DNA of 34,063 nucleotides from Bacillota bacterium (lineage in GTDB: Bacteria; Bacillota; Sulfobacillia; JABLXB01). Positions 9,066 through 18,301 of this stretch are shown one piece after another. The position numbers were made by a program, and so were the translations under genes. The notes under the pieces were generated by a model that was not told the origin of the DNA, ran no database searches, and worked only from the letters and a program-made list of their open reading frames with translations. The stretch's first letter is position 1; the number at the start of each line of letters is the position of its first letter. The stretch spans positions 1 through 34,063 of the forward strand of contig JANLGA010000003.1 in the NCBI GenBank assembly GCA_024653225.1, read 5' to 3'.

Positions 9066-10346
9066 GTGGGTTTTCTAGATTTCATCGTCAATGAAGTACT
9101 AAGCAAACCCGCCATAGTGATCGGCCTAGTTGCACTGGTCGGGCTGCTCGCCCAGAAGAAGAACGTCGCCCAGGTCGTAACGGGGACCGTCAAGACCACC
9201 CTCGGGTTCCTGATCCTGGGTTCGGGCGCGGGCATCCTGGTCAACGCCCTTCTGCCCCTCGGCGACTTGCTGAAGTGCGTGATAGGCGTGCCGGGTATCA
9301 TCCCGACCAACGAGGTCGTCATCGGGTTCGCGATCAAGGAATACGGCGCCCTGGGCGCGGGGGTCATGGCGCTCGCGTTCGTCGTCAACATCCTGATAGC
9401 GCGGTTCACGCCGCTTAAGTTCATCCACCTGTCGGGGCACATCACGTTCTTCACATCGTATCTCGTAGTCGCTATCCTCGCGACGTACTTGGGTCTCACG
9501 GGTGCCCCGGTGGTCATAGTGGGCGCAATAGTCGTGGGGTTCTACATGGCCTTCACCCCCTGGCTCATCCACGGCTTCACGAAGGGGGTCGTCGGTGACG
9601 ACCCGATAGCCCTCGGCCACTCGTCGTCGGCGAGCGCGCTGTTCGCGTCCTTGCTCGGCAAGTGGTTCGGCAACAAGGAGAAGTCCATTGACGAGCTCAG
9701 CGTTCCCCCGTCCCTCGCGTTCGTGCGCGACATGACCATCATGATGGCGCTGAGCATGTTCATCATCTTCCTGGTGATAGCGCTCCTGGCCGGCCCGGCG
9801 AACGTGAAGGAGATCACGAAGAGCAGCAGCTGGTTCATGTGGACGCTCATGTCCTCGCTGAACTTCGCGGCGGGCACATCCGTCATGTTGATGGGCGTGC
9901 GGATGACCATTGCCGAGATCGTCCCCGCGTTCAAGGGCATCTCGACGAAGATAGTCCCGAACGCCATACCGGCCCTTGACTGCCCCGTAATGTTCCCGTA
10001 CTCGCCGAACGCCGTCGTTCCGGGGTTCGTGATGAGCGTGCTCGGCGGGTTCGTGGCGATGGCGGTCCTGTACGCGTTCGGCTATCCCTACGTCATCATC
10101 CCGGGCATAATCCCCCACTTCTTCTGCGGCGCCACCGCCGCGGTCTACGGGAACGCCTGGGGAGGCAGGCGCGGAGCGCTGCTCGGCGCCTTCTTCAGCG
10201 GCTTCGCGCTTCAGGGTCTCGGCATCGGCCTGTTGATACCGGCCACTGGTGCCCTCGCGCAGACCGGATCGACCTTCCCGGACCCCGATATGGGGTTCTT
10301 CTGGGCCATATTCGGATACGCGATCAAGGTGATCAGCGGGCACTGA
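9066..10346 (+). CDS. PTS EIIC permease, L-ascorbate family (UlaA/SgaT-like), set 2
   Basis: 426-aa paralogue of 1113-2387 with VKTTLGFLILGSGAG, GVRMTIAEIVPAFKGI and ALDCPVMFPYSPNA. AAGGGGG RBS precedes GTG 9066. Confidence 0.93.
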   Translation: MGFLDFIVNEVLSKPAIVIGLVALVGLLAQKKNVAQVVTGTVKTTLGFLILGSGAGILVNALLPLGDLLKCVIGVPGIIPTNEVVIGFAIKEYGALGAGVMALAFVVNILIARFTPLKFIHLSGHITFFTSYLVVAILATYLGLTGAPVVIVGAIVVGFYMAFTPWLIHGFTKGVVGDDPIALGHSSSASALFASLLGKWFGNKEKSIDELSVPPSLAFVRDMTIMMALSMFIIFLVIALLAGPANVKEITKSSSWFMWTLMSSLNFAAGTSVMLMGVRMTIAEIVPAFKGISTKIVPNAIPALDCPVMFPYSPNAVVPGFVMSVLGGFVAMAVLYAFGYPYVIIPGIIPHFFCGATAAVYGNAWGGRRGALLGAFFSGFALQGLGIGLLIPATGALAQTGSTFPDPDMGFFWAIFGYAIKVISGH

Positions 10347-10380
10347 CGGTGATTCCGGCAGGCGTTTGATGCAGTTCGGC

Positions 10381-10423
10381 GCGGGGGAGCCGGAGAGGCC
10401 AGGGGTCTCCCGGCTCCCCCCGC
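10381..10423 (+). terminator. GC-rich hairpin after EIIC-2, a possible terminator or attenuator without a U-tract
   Basis: GGGGGAGCCGG at 10383-10393 pairs with CCGGCTCCCCC at 10410-10420, an 11-bp perfect stem that extends further with one bulge. It lies 35 nt after the stop at 10346. No T-run follows. Confidence 0.4.
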
Positions 10424-10472
10424 GTAGGTTGTCCGCGCGACGGCGGCGCGGAAGCAGCGGAGGTGTGAACCT

Positions 10473-11171
10473 GTGGTCACGAAGGCCGAGATGGCGAAGT
10501 GCATAGAGGTCACCTTGCTGAAGCCGGGGGCCGGGGCGGAGGAGATAGACCAGTTCTGTAAGGAGGCTCGACTCGGGGGATTTCTCGGCGCGGTCGTGCT
10601 GCCCGAATACGTCGCCCGGGCCGTTTCCCTACTGAAGGGGAGCGATGTCAAGGTCGCCACGGTCGTCGGCTTTCCGGATGGTCGAGGAACACCGGAGGAC
10701 AAGGCGCGCGACGCCTCGGCCGCCGCTCGCGACGGCGCGCAGCAACTGCATGTCGTCGTTGACCACTCGTCTGTCAAGGCCGGGGACTACGGGCGGGTCG
10801 CCGCCGAAATGGAGGCGGTTAAGAGGGCTTCAGCCGCGGCGGCGTCCGAGAAGGGCAATCCGGCGCCCGAGATAGTCGCGGTACTAGAGACCTGTCTTCT
10901 GTCGGGACCGGAGAGAGTGGAAGCTTGCAAGGCCGCGCTCCAAGGCGGAGCCGTCTCCGTCCAGGCGGGGACGGGGGCGGGCCCCAGGGGGGCCATGGCT
11001 GGGGAGATCATGGCTCTCAAGAAGGCCGCGGGGGCGTCGGTCCCGGTGAGGGCGGCGGGGGGCATAACCGGCTCGACGACGGCGCGCGCGTTCATTGACG
11101 CCGGCGCCAGTGTGCTGTGGAGCGAGAAGGGGATGGCGATCCTCAAGGAAGTGGAGCTGAAGTACTTCTAG
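10473..11171 (+). CDS. DeoC/LacD-fold aldolase-like protein lacking the class I aldolase catalytic residues
   Basis: Overall DeoC pattern is present (VATVVGFPDG, VLETC, RAAGGI, IDAGAS). The Schiff-base Lys motif is VSVQAGTG instead of DFVKTSTG. GGAGG at 10459-10463 precedes GTG 10473. Confidence 0.8.
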   Translation: MVTKAEMAKCIEVTLLKPGAGAEEIDQFCKEARLGGFLGAVVLPEYVARAVSLLKGSDVKVATVVGFPDGRGTPEDKARDASAAARDGAQQLHVVVDHSSVKAGDYGRVAAEMEAVKRASAAAASEKGNPAPEIVAVLETCLLSGPERVEACKAALQGGAVSVQAGTGAGPRGAMAGEIMALKKAAGASVPVRAAGGITGSTTARAFIDAGASVLWSEKGMAILKEVELKYF

Positions 11172-11182
11172 GAGACGGGGCC

Positions 11183-11491
11183 TTGCGGAGGGTATTCAGA
11201 GTCGAGAGGGAAGCAACCGGGACGCTTCTCTACCAACCCGATGAACTGCACGTGACCGAGCGGGGCGTGGCTTTGGTGCGCCCACACCTCTTCGGAGGGT
11301 CCGTGGAGGCACTCGGCGCCGGGGACATAGAGTCGGTGACCGCGACCCGGGGGCCCAGGTGGTGGGGCGTGTGCATCAGGTCCAGGTCGGGGCCCGGTAG
11401 GAGCCTGGTCATCAACGGCCTGGCCGAGAACGACGCGCTGGAGATAGTGAGCGCCGTGCGCCGGCTTCTCGGCGGTGCTGCTGGGGCTTAG
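11183..11491 (+). CDS. Small hypothetical protein, possibly a bacterial PH-like domain
   Basis: GGAG at 11171-11174 precedes TTG 11183, just after the upstream stop. The alternating beta-like pattern LHVTERGVALV...IESVTA...SLVINGL...ALEIVSAVRRLL suggests a PH-like fold. Function is not established. Confidence 0.5.
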   Translation: MRRVFRVEREATGTLLYQPDELHVTERGVALVRPHLFGGSVEALGAGDIESVTATRGPRWWGVCIRSRSGPGRSLVINGLAENDALEIVSAVRRLLGGAAGA

Positions 11492-11519
11492 GCTGCGTAG
11501 GGCTCGAATTGGAGGCGTG

Positions 11520-13974
11520 ATGGCTGTGACAGGAGAAGAGGCAATCGGCAGGCGGGAGAGGATCGCGCGCCTCAGGGACTGCATGCTGGAGCGCATGCCG
11601 GAAATATCGGCCGAGCGGGCGAGACTGCTGACCGAATCGTACAAGGAGACCGACGGGGCCCCGATGGTCATCCGCAGGGCCAAGGCGCTGGAGAAGATCC
11701 TGTCGAACATCAGCGTCCTCATACTCCCCGACGAGCTGATCGTGGGAAGCCAGGGGGCGCACCCCAGGACGGCGCAGATCTTTCCGGAGTACTGCGTCAG
11801 CTGGCTCAAGCGCGAGCTCGACGGCGACCCGTACAATTTCTGGGAGAGGCCGGGAGACAGGTTCTCCATCAGCCGGGAGACGATCCGCCAGTTGAAGGAG
11901 ATAATCCCGTACTGGGAGGGCAGGACGAACGAAGACAGGGTCATGTCTCTTCTCCCCGAGAGCGTGAAGAGGGCGCGCGAGATAGACGCCATTCACTGGG
12001 GTGGCCACGTGGCGGCCGGAGACGGCCACCTGATCGTGGACTACGAAGCGGTGATAAATGAGGGTCTGGACGGCATCCGCGCGCGGGCCGAGCGCGCGCT
12101 GGAAGGCCTCGACCTCACTGACCCGGAAGACCTGAGAAAACGACCGTTCCTCACGGCGGTCCCCATCGCCCTGAAGGCCGCCGTCGAGTTCGCCCGGCGC
12201 TACGCCGCCGAGGCGCGGCGCATGGCGGACCGCGAGATGGACCCGCGGAGGAAGAGGGAGCTCCAGGAGATCGCCTCGACCTGCGAGCGCGTGCCGGCTT
12301 CCCCCGCCACGACGTTCCGCGAGGCGCTGCAGTCGGTGTGGTTCACCCAGCTCATCCTCCAGATCGAGAGCAATGGTCACTCGGTTTCCCTCGGGCGTTT
12401 CGACCAATACATGTATCCGTTCTATAGGCGGGACGTCGAGCGGGGGATCCTGACCTACGAGCGGGCGCTCGAACTGGTCCAGTGCTTCTACGTCAAGCTG
12501 TTCTCAGTCGTGAAGCTGAGGGGCTGGAACCACACCCGGTATGTCGCGGGGCACCCGGTGTTCCAGAACATCACGATAGGCGGCCAAACCGCGAGAGGCG
12601 ACGACGCGGTCAACGAGGTGACGTACATCTGCCTCGACGCGATGGCCGAAACTAAGCTCACACAGCCGTCTCTGTCCGCGAGGTGGTGGCCCGGGTCGCC
12701 GGCAAGGTACAGGAAGCGGTGCGCCGAGGTGATACGCCTGGGGCTCGGGCAGCCCGCGCTGTTCAACGACGAGGTGATCGTACCGTCGCTCGTGGCGAGG
12801 GGAGTGACCCTGGAGGACGCCTCGAACTACGCCGCGGTGGGCTGCGTCGAGATAGGCGTGCCGGCCAAGTGGGGTTACTGCCCGAGCGGTCGCTGTCATT
12901 TCAACATGGGCAAGGTGCTCGAACTGGCGCTCAACAACGGGAGGGATCGCCGGACCGGGATACAGCTCTGCCCGGGCAACGGTGACCTGGCCTCGTTCAA
13001 GAGTTTCGACGAAGTGATGGAGGCGTGGCGGATTCAGGCCGAGTACTACCTGAAGCAACACATCATTTTCGACAACCTTAACGAGCTGACCAAGGAGGAG
13101 CTCGTGGCCGACGTGTTCTGCTCGGCGCTTCTCCAGGACTGCATCGGGCGCGGCAAGACGATTCACCAGGGGGGCGCGGTGTACGACTTCATTGCCGGCC
13201 AGCAGTGCGGCACGGCCAACGTGGCCGATTCCCTGGCCGCGATCAAGAAACTCGTGTTCGAGGAGCGGGTGATTACCGGGACCGAGCTCGCGCGGGCGCT
13301 TGAGACGAATTTCGAGGGGCCGGACGGCGAGCGCGTCCGGCAACTGTTGCTGAACAAGGCGCCGAAGTTCGGTAACGACGATGACTATGTTGACCTGATA
13401 GCGCGCGACGCGTTCGGGTTCTACGTCGAGAAGGTCAACACGTACAAGACGGTCAAGTACGGCCGCGGGCCGACGGGTGGCATGTGGCAGGCCTCGACTT
13501 CCACGGTCTCCGCGAACGTTCCGTCGGGGCTCGCGGTGGGGGCCACCCCGGACGGGAGGAAGGCGGGGGATCCACTTGCCGAGGGATGTTCCCCGGCCCA
13601 GGGCCGGGGAACATCCCTCGGCCCAGGGTCGCGACCGGAGCGGCCCGCCGGCCGCGGTGAGGTCCGTCGCCAAGCTCCCCAACATAATGGTCTCGGGGGG
13701 CCAGCTCCTGAACCAGAAGCTCTCCCCTTCGTTGCTTTCGACCGACGAAGGACTGGAGAAAATGATCGACGTCGTGAGGGGTTTCTTCGGACTCAAGGGT
13801 TGGCACATCCAATTCAACGTGGTCTCCGCGGACACGCTGAGGGATGCGATGAACAACCCGTCGAAGTATAGGGACCTGATCGTTAGGGTGGCGGGGTACA
13901 GCGCCAGGTTCGTTGACCTGGACCCTAAGGTGCAGAGAGACATCATTTCCCGGACCGAACAAGCGGGATTCTGA
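11520..13974 (+). pseudogene. Glycyl radical enzyme (PFL2/glycerol dehydratase-like family), interrupted by a 25-nt insertion that shifts the frame
   Basis: The N-terminal part is in the frame of ORF 11475-13871, including the Cys loop AAVGCVEIG (Cys codon 12843-12845) and GATPDGRKAGDPLAEGCSPAQG. The C-terminal part is in the frame of ORF 13477-13974: GRDRSGPPAAVRSVAKL...HIQFNVVS...LIVRVAGYSARF (Gly codon 13894-13896). As encoded, the first ORF runs out of frame to 13871. Confidence 0.92.
13581..13628. repeat. Quasi-palindromic insertion inside the GRE gene: 19-bp perfect hairpin arms plus a 9-bp direct repeat
   Basis: GAGGGATGTTCCCCGGCCC at 13581-13599 and GGGCCGGGGAACATCCCTC at 13601-13619 are exact reverse complements around A13600. 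GGCCCAGGG occurs at 13595-13603 and again at 13620-13628, 25 nt apart. Confidence 0.9.
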
Positions 13975-13983
13975 GGAGGACTC

Positions 13984-14457
13984 GTGGATCTACTCGACGT
14001 ACTCACTGAGGAAAGCATAGCACTAGACGTGGAAGCGGACGACTGGCGCGATTCGATTAGACAAGTGGGCCGAGTGCTGGTGGAAACCGGGGCGATTGAG
14101 CCGCGCTACATTGACGCGATGATCCGCACGGTGGAACAGATAGGTCCGTACCTGGTGCTGGCCCCGGGCGTGGCGATGAACCACGCCCGCCCGGAGGACG
14201 GCGTGAACAGGGTGTGCCTCGGGCTCGTCCGGCTGCGCACCCCCGTCAACTACGGGAGCGCCCACAATGACCCGGTGGATATCGTGATAGCCCTCGGGGC
14301 GGTCGACCACGAGGCCCATCTGAAGCTGCTCAGGGACCTGGCGTGCTTCCTGTCGGACGAAGAGAACATCCGACGGGTCAGGCGGGCAAGCACCAAGCAG
14401 GAGGTGATCGCGGCGTTCAGGCGGTGCGCGGAGCGCGCCGCCGGCGGCCAGTCGTGA
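13984..14457 (+). CDS. PTS EIIA component, L-ascorbate family, set 2
   Basis: DDWRDSIRQVGRVLV...GPYLVLAPGVAMNHARPEDGV is a paralogue of 281-748. GAGGAGG RBS precedes GTG 13984. Confidence 0.9.
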   Translation: MDLLDVLTEESIALDVEADDWRDSIRQVGRVLVETGAIEPRYIDAMIRTVEQIGPYLVLAPGVAMNHARPEDGVNRVCLGLVRLRTPVNYGSAHNDPVDIVIALGAVDHEAHLKLLRDLACFLSDEENIRRVRRASTKQEVIAAFRRCAERAAGGQS

Positions 14458-14514
14458 CCCTGCACCGAGAAGTCCACAATATGTCATACATCCGTCCCGG
14501 GAGGGAAGCCAAGA

Positions 14515-14811
14515 ATGCCGAAGGAGCTTCGAATCGCCACGATTTGTGGAATGGGGTTCGGTACAAGCCTGATTCTCAAGTACGGCGTGGACGATGTCCT
14601 GGCGGAGGCCGGGATAACGGGTTGCACAGTGGAGGCGTGCGACCTCGGTTCCGCGAAGGCGTCGCACACCGACCTGATTGTGGCCGCGGACGACATGAGG
14701 GCGTTGCTGGACGGAGCGAAGCAGCGGGTGGTCTACCTTCACAGCATGACGAACAAGAAGGAAATGAGGGAGAAGGTGCTTCCCGTCGTTAGAGAGCTCC
14801 TCGGTTCGTGA
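14515..14811 (+). CDS. PTS EIIB component, L-ascorbate family, set 2
   Basis: RIATICGMGFGTSLILK is the Cys loop. GGGAGGGAAG RBS precedes ATG 14515. Confidence 0.88.
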   Translation: MPKELRIATICGMGFGTSLILKYGVDDVLAEAGITGCTVEACDLGSAKASHTDLIVAADDMRALLDGAKQRVVYLHSMTNKKEMREKVLPVVRELLGS

Positions 14812-14845
14812 CGGCCGGATCGTCGAGAAGTTAGGGGGCCTGGAG

Positions 14846-15760
14846 GTGGCGTTCAGCCGGGTACAAGGCGTCGTATTCAATATCCAGCGCTATTCGATCC
14901 ATGACGGCCCCGGCATCAGGACACTCGTCTTCGTCAAAGGCTGTCCGCTGCGGTGCGGTTGGTGCTGCAATCCGGAGTCGCAGCGGCGGGAACCGGAACT
15001 GGGATACATGCGGTCCCGATGCATCGGCTGCCGCCGATGCATTGATTCTTGTGGTCGGGGGGCGCTGGTGTTCGAGGGCGACGGTTTGCGCATCTTGCGC
15101 GAACGGTGTGACGCGTGCGGCAGGTGCGCCGTCGCGTGTGCGGCGGGGGCGCTGGAGGTGTTCGGGCGCACGGTGACCGTGGAGGAAGTCATGGACGAGG
15201 TGCGCCGGGACACGCCTTTTTACGGTAGCGGGGGAGGACTGACCGTCTCCGGGGGCGAGCCGTTCTCGCAGCCCGATTTCACGGCAGCGCTGCTGGCCGC
15301 CGCGAAGGAAGAGGGATTGACGACGGCGGTCGAGACGTCCGGCTGCGCGCCGTGGGAGGCGATATCGCCCGCGTTGGGGTCGCTCGGCCTCGTGCTGTAC
15401 GACTTGAAGCACGCCGACCCGGACAGGCACCGGGAGGGCACCGGAGCGTCGAACGAGCTGATCCTGGAGAACCTGGGGAAGCTCGCGGCGGGCGGCCGCG
15501 CGAGGATCAGGCTCAGGGTCCCGCTCATCCCACGGTTCAACGCCGACCCGAACAGCCTGGCGGCGATGGCGAGGGTCGCCAGGGACATGGGAATGACCGA
15601 GGTTGACCTCCTGCCTTACCACCTGCTGGGAACCTCGAAGTACAAGTCCCTGGACCGTGAGTATCCTTGGGCGGGAGTCGAGCGCCTGACCGACCGCGAG
15701 ATCGAGGAGATGAGGCGTCCGTTCGAGTCGGCGGGATTGGGAACGCGGATAGGCGGGTGA
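14846..15760 (+). CDS. Glycyl radical enzyme activating protein (radical SAM) with an extra ferredoxin-like cluster insert
   Basis: SIHDGPGIRTLVFVKGCPLRCGWCCNPES contains the CX3CX2C motif. CIGCRRCIDSC and CDACGRCAVAC are auxiliary 4Fe-4S motifs typical of dehydratase-type GRE activases. Confidence 0.93.
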   Translation: MAFSRVQGVVFNIQRYSIHDGPGIRTLVFVKGCPLRCGWCCNPESQRREPELGYMRSRCIGCRRCIDSCGRGALVFEGDGLRILRERCDACGRCAVACAAGALEVFGRTVTVEEVMDEVRRDTPFYGSGGGLTVSGGEPFSQPDFTAALLAAAKEEGLTTAVETSGCAPWEAISPALGSLGLVLYDLKHADPDRHREGTGASNELILENLGKLAAGGRARIRLRVPLIPRFNADPNSLAAMARVARDMGMTEVDLLPYHLLGTSKYKSLDREYPWAGVERLTDREIEEMRRPFESAGLGTRIGG

Positions 15761-15795
15761 GCGGCCCGCTCCTTCACGTCAGGGAGGGATTGGCG

Positions 15796-16491
15796 TTGTT
15801 GACTAGGGCCGAGTTGAGAAAGATGATCGATCACACGGCGCTCAAGCCGTGGGTGGGCAGGGACGAGGTGCTCAAACTGTGCGGTGAGGCCAGGGAGAGG
15901 GACTTCGCCACCGTGTTCATCAACAGCTGCTGGGTCCCGCTGGCGGTGCGGGAATTGCGGGGCTCGCCCGTCAAGGTGGGCACCACCATCGGGTTTCCCC
16001 TCGGGGCCTGCATGACTTCCGTAAAGGTGTTTGAGGCGGTGGAGGCGGTCAGGGCGGGCGCCGGCGAGGTTGATATGGTGATGAACATCGGCGCCCTCAA
16101 GGACGGCGACTCGGAGTCGGCGCTGAACGACATGAGGGCGGTCGTCGAGGCCGCAAGGGCCGAGGCCGCCCGGGCGGGCGTTGAAGTAGTGGTGAAGGTA
16201 ATAATCGAGACCTGCTACCTCGACGACGCCCACAAGGTGTTGGCGTCCAAACTTGTCGTGCAGGCGGGCGCCGATTTCGTCAAGACCTCGACGGGTTTCG
16301 GCTCCGGGGGAGCGACGGTGGAAGACGTGCGCCTGATATCATCGGTCGTGGCGGGCAGGGCCCGCGTCAAGGCCGCGGGCGGCATCCAGACGCTTTCCCA
16401 GGCGAAGGCGCTCATCGAGGCGGGGGCGTCGAGGCTGGGAACCAGCAGGGGAGTGGCGCTCGACGACGAAATGGGGGCGACCACGGCGTGA
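15796..16491 (+). CDS. deoC: Deoxyribose-phosphate aldolase (canonical DeoC)
   Basis: IDHTALKP, GEVDMVMN, KVIIETC, ADFVKTSTGF and RVKAAGGI show all catalytic residues. AGGGAGGGA RBS precedes TTG 15796. Other in-frame starts include GTG 15757, and the track ORF starts at 15667 inside the activase gene. Confidence 0.92.
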   Translation: MLTRAELRKMIDHTALKPWVGRDEVLKLCGEARERDFATVFINSCWVPLAVRELRGSPVKVGTTIGFPLGACMTSVKVFEAVEAVRAGAGEVDMVMNIGALKDGDSESALNDMRAVVEAARAEAARAGVEVVVKVIIETCYLDDAHKVLASKLVVQAGADFVKTSTGFGSGGATVEDVRLISSVVAGRARVKAAGGIQTLSQAKALIEAGASRLGTSRGVALDDEMGATTA

Positions 16492-17339
16492 CTGGGCTCT
16501 CGGCGGGCGACCTGGAACGACTGAAGACGATCGCGGCGAGGATACGGCGCAAGTCCCTAGTGTTGATTTTCAACAGGGGATCCGGTCACCCCGGGGGTTC
16601 GCTCTCGTGCGCCGACATCCTGGCGGTCCTCTACGGGGGATACATGTACGTGGACCCGGCTCGACCCGATATGAGAGGAAGGGACCATTTCGTCCTGTGC
16701 AAGGGGCACGCCTCGATGGCGCTGTACGCCGCCTTGTCGGAGGCGGGATTCCTTCCTGATGACATCACTTCACTGCCCCCGGACCACCAGTATCTGCAAG
16801 GCCATCCCGACCGGTGGAAGACCCCCGGGGTCGAGATGTCCACCGGTTCCCTCGGCCAGGGATTGTCGGTCGCCCTGGGTATGGCGCTCGCGGCCCGGCT
16901 CGACGGCTGCGGCGGTCGCGTTTTCGCGCTCCTGGGGGACGGCGAGCTCGATGAGGGTCAGGTCTGGGAGGCGGCCATGGCCGCAGCGAACTACCGGGTT
17001 GACAACCTTGTCGCGATCGTTGACAGGAACGGGCTGCAGATCATGGGGAGGACCGGTGAAGTCATGGAGACCGAGCCGCTCTCCGCGAAGTGGTCGGCGT
17101 TCGGATGGAACGTCGTGGAAGTAGACGGAAACGACCCGGGAGCGGTGTGGGAGGCGCTCGACCTCGCGAGGAGCGTGACGGGGAGGCCCTCCGTCCTTCT
17201 GGCGAAAACGGTGAAGGGCAAGGGTGTGTCCTTCATGGAGGGGCGACCCGAGTGGCACGCGAAGGCCATATCCGCTTCGGAGCTGGAGAGGGCGCTGGCG
17301 GAACTCGAATCACGGGAGAAAGGGGGCGGATGCGAATGA
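16488..17339 (+). CDS. Transketolase, N-terminal (TPP-binding) subunit
   Basis: GSGHPGGSLSCADILAVLY, FVLCKGHASMALYA and LGDGELDEGQVWEA. The GTGA start overlaps the deoC stop. Confidence 0.93.
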   Translation: MTGLSAGDLERLKTIAARIRRKSLVLIFNRGSGHPGGSLSCADILAVLYGGYMYVDPARPDMRGRDHFVLCKGHASMALYAALSEAGFLPDDITSLPPDHQYLQGHPDRWKTPGVEMSTGSLGQGLSVALGMALAARLDGCGGRVFALLGDGELDEGQVWEAAMAAANYRVDNLVAIVDRNGLQIMGRTGEVMETEPLSAKWSAFGWNVVEVDGNDPGAVWEALDLARSVTGRPSVLLAKTVKGKGVSFMEGRPEWHAKAISASELERALAELESREKGGGCE

Positions 17340-18301
17340 CGAAGACAGCCGCTCCCCGCGACATCGTGGGCAAGACACTCATCGAACTGGGCCGGGAATA
17401 CCCCGAGCTCGTCGTGCTCGATGCGGACGTGGGTTCCTCGACGCGGTCGGCCGAGTTCGCCGCGGCATTCCCCTCCCGCTTCTTTCAGATGGGTATCGCC
17501 GAAGCCAACATGGCCGGAGTGGCCGCGGGGCTCGCCGCGTCGGGCAAGATTCCCGTGATGGTCGGGTTCGCCGTGTTCGTGACCGCCAAAGCATTCGAAC
17601 AGGTCAGGCAGTCGGTAGCGTGGGCGAACCTGAACGTCAAGATAATCGGCTCACATGCCGGACTCACAGTCGGACTCGATGGTGCGTCTCACCAGGCAGT
17701 CGAGGACGTGGCCATCATGAGGAGCCTCCCGAACATGTGCGTGTTGGACCCGGCGGACGCGGCCGAGACGGAAAGCGCCATCCGGGCGGCGGTCGTGCAC
17801 CGGGGCCCGGTGTACGTGAGGGTCGGGCGGCTGAAGTCGCCCGTGATATACGAAACACCCCCGCGGCTGACCCCCGGAAAGGCCGTCGTGCTGCGGGAAG
17901 GGAAGGACGCGACGATCATCGCCTGCGGCATCATGGTGGCCCGGGCCCTTGAAGCAGCGTCCCTCCTGGATGGGGACGGCATTTCTGTCGGGGTCGTGGA
18001 CATGGCGTCGGTCAAGCCGCTCGACGGAGACTGCGTGGTGGATTGCGCGGGCCGGACGGGCGCCATAGTGACGGCGGAAAACGCTTCGATCGTGGGCGGG
18101 CTGGGCAGCGCCGTGGCCGAGGTGCTGGCCGAGAAGGTTCCGGTTCCCATGGAGCGAATTGGAATACCGGATGTCTTCGGCACGTCGTCGGACCCGGAAA
18201 GGCTCATGGAACGGTACGGAATGACCGCGGAACACGTGCGGTCCGCCGTCACCCGGGTAATGGCGCGGAAGCGTGCTCAGAGGGGAAGGGACAATGGGTA
18301 G
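17336..18301 (+). CDS. Transketolase, C-terminal (pyrimidine-binding) subunit
   Basis: FFQMGIAEANMAGVAAGLA and GSHAGLTVGLDGASHQAVEDVAIMR. The ATGA start overlaps the N-terminal subunit stop. The track extension back to 17090 is rejected. Confidence 0.93.
   Translation: MTKTAAPRDIVGKTLIELGREYPELVVLDADVGSSTRSAEFAAAFPSRFFQMGIAEANMAGVAAGLAASGKIPVMVGFAVFVTAKAFEQVRQSVAWANLNVKIIGSHAGLTVGLDGASHQAVEDVAIMRSLPNMCVLDPADAAETESAIRAAVVHRGPVYVRVGRLKSPVIYETPPRLTPGKAVVLREGKDATIIACGIMVARALEAASLLDGDGISVGVVDMASVKPLDGDCVVDCAGRTGAIVTAENASIVGGLGSAVAEVLAEKVPVPMERIGIPDVFGTSSDPERLMERYGMTAEHVRSAVTRVMARKRAQRGRDNG

Noticed and set aside
13690-13974. Idea that the GRE fragment after the insertion is expressed alone as a GrcA/YfiD-like spare glycyl-radical domain, starting at the ATG in NIMVSGG.
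   Set aside because: No Shine-Dalgarno sequence precedes that ATG. The fragment joins seamlessly to the upstream GRE once the 25 nt are removed, so it is the C-terminus of one gene.
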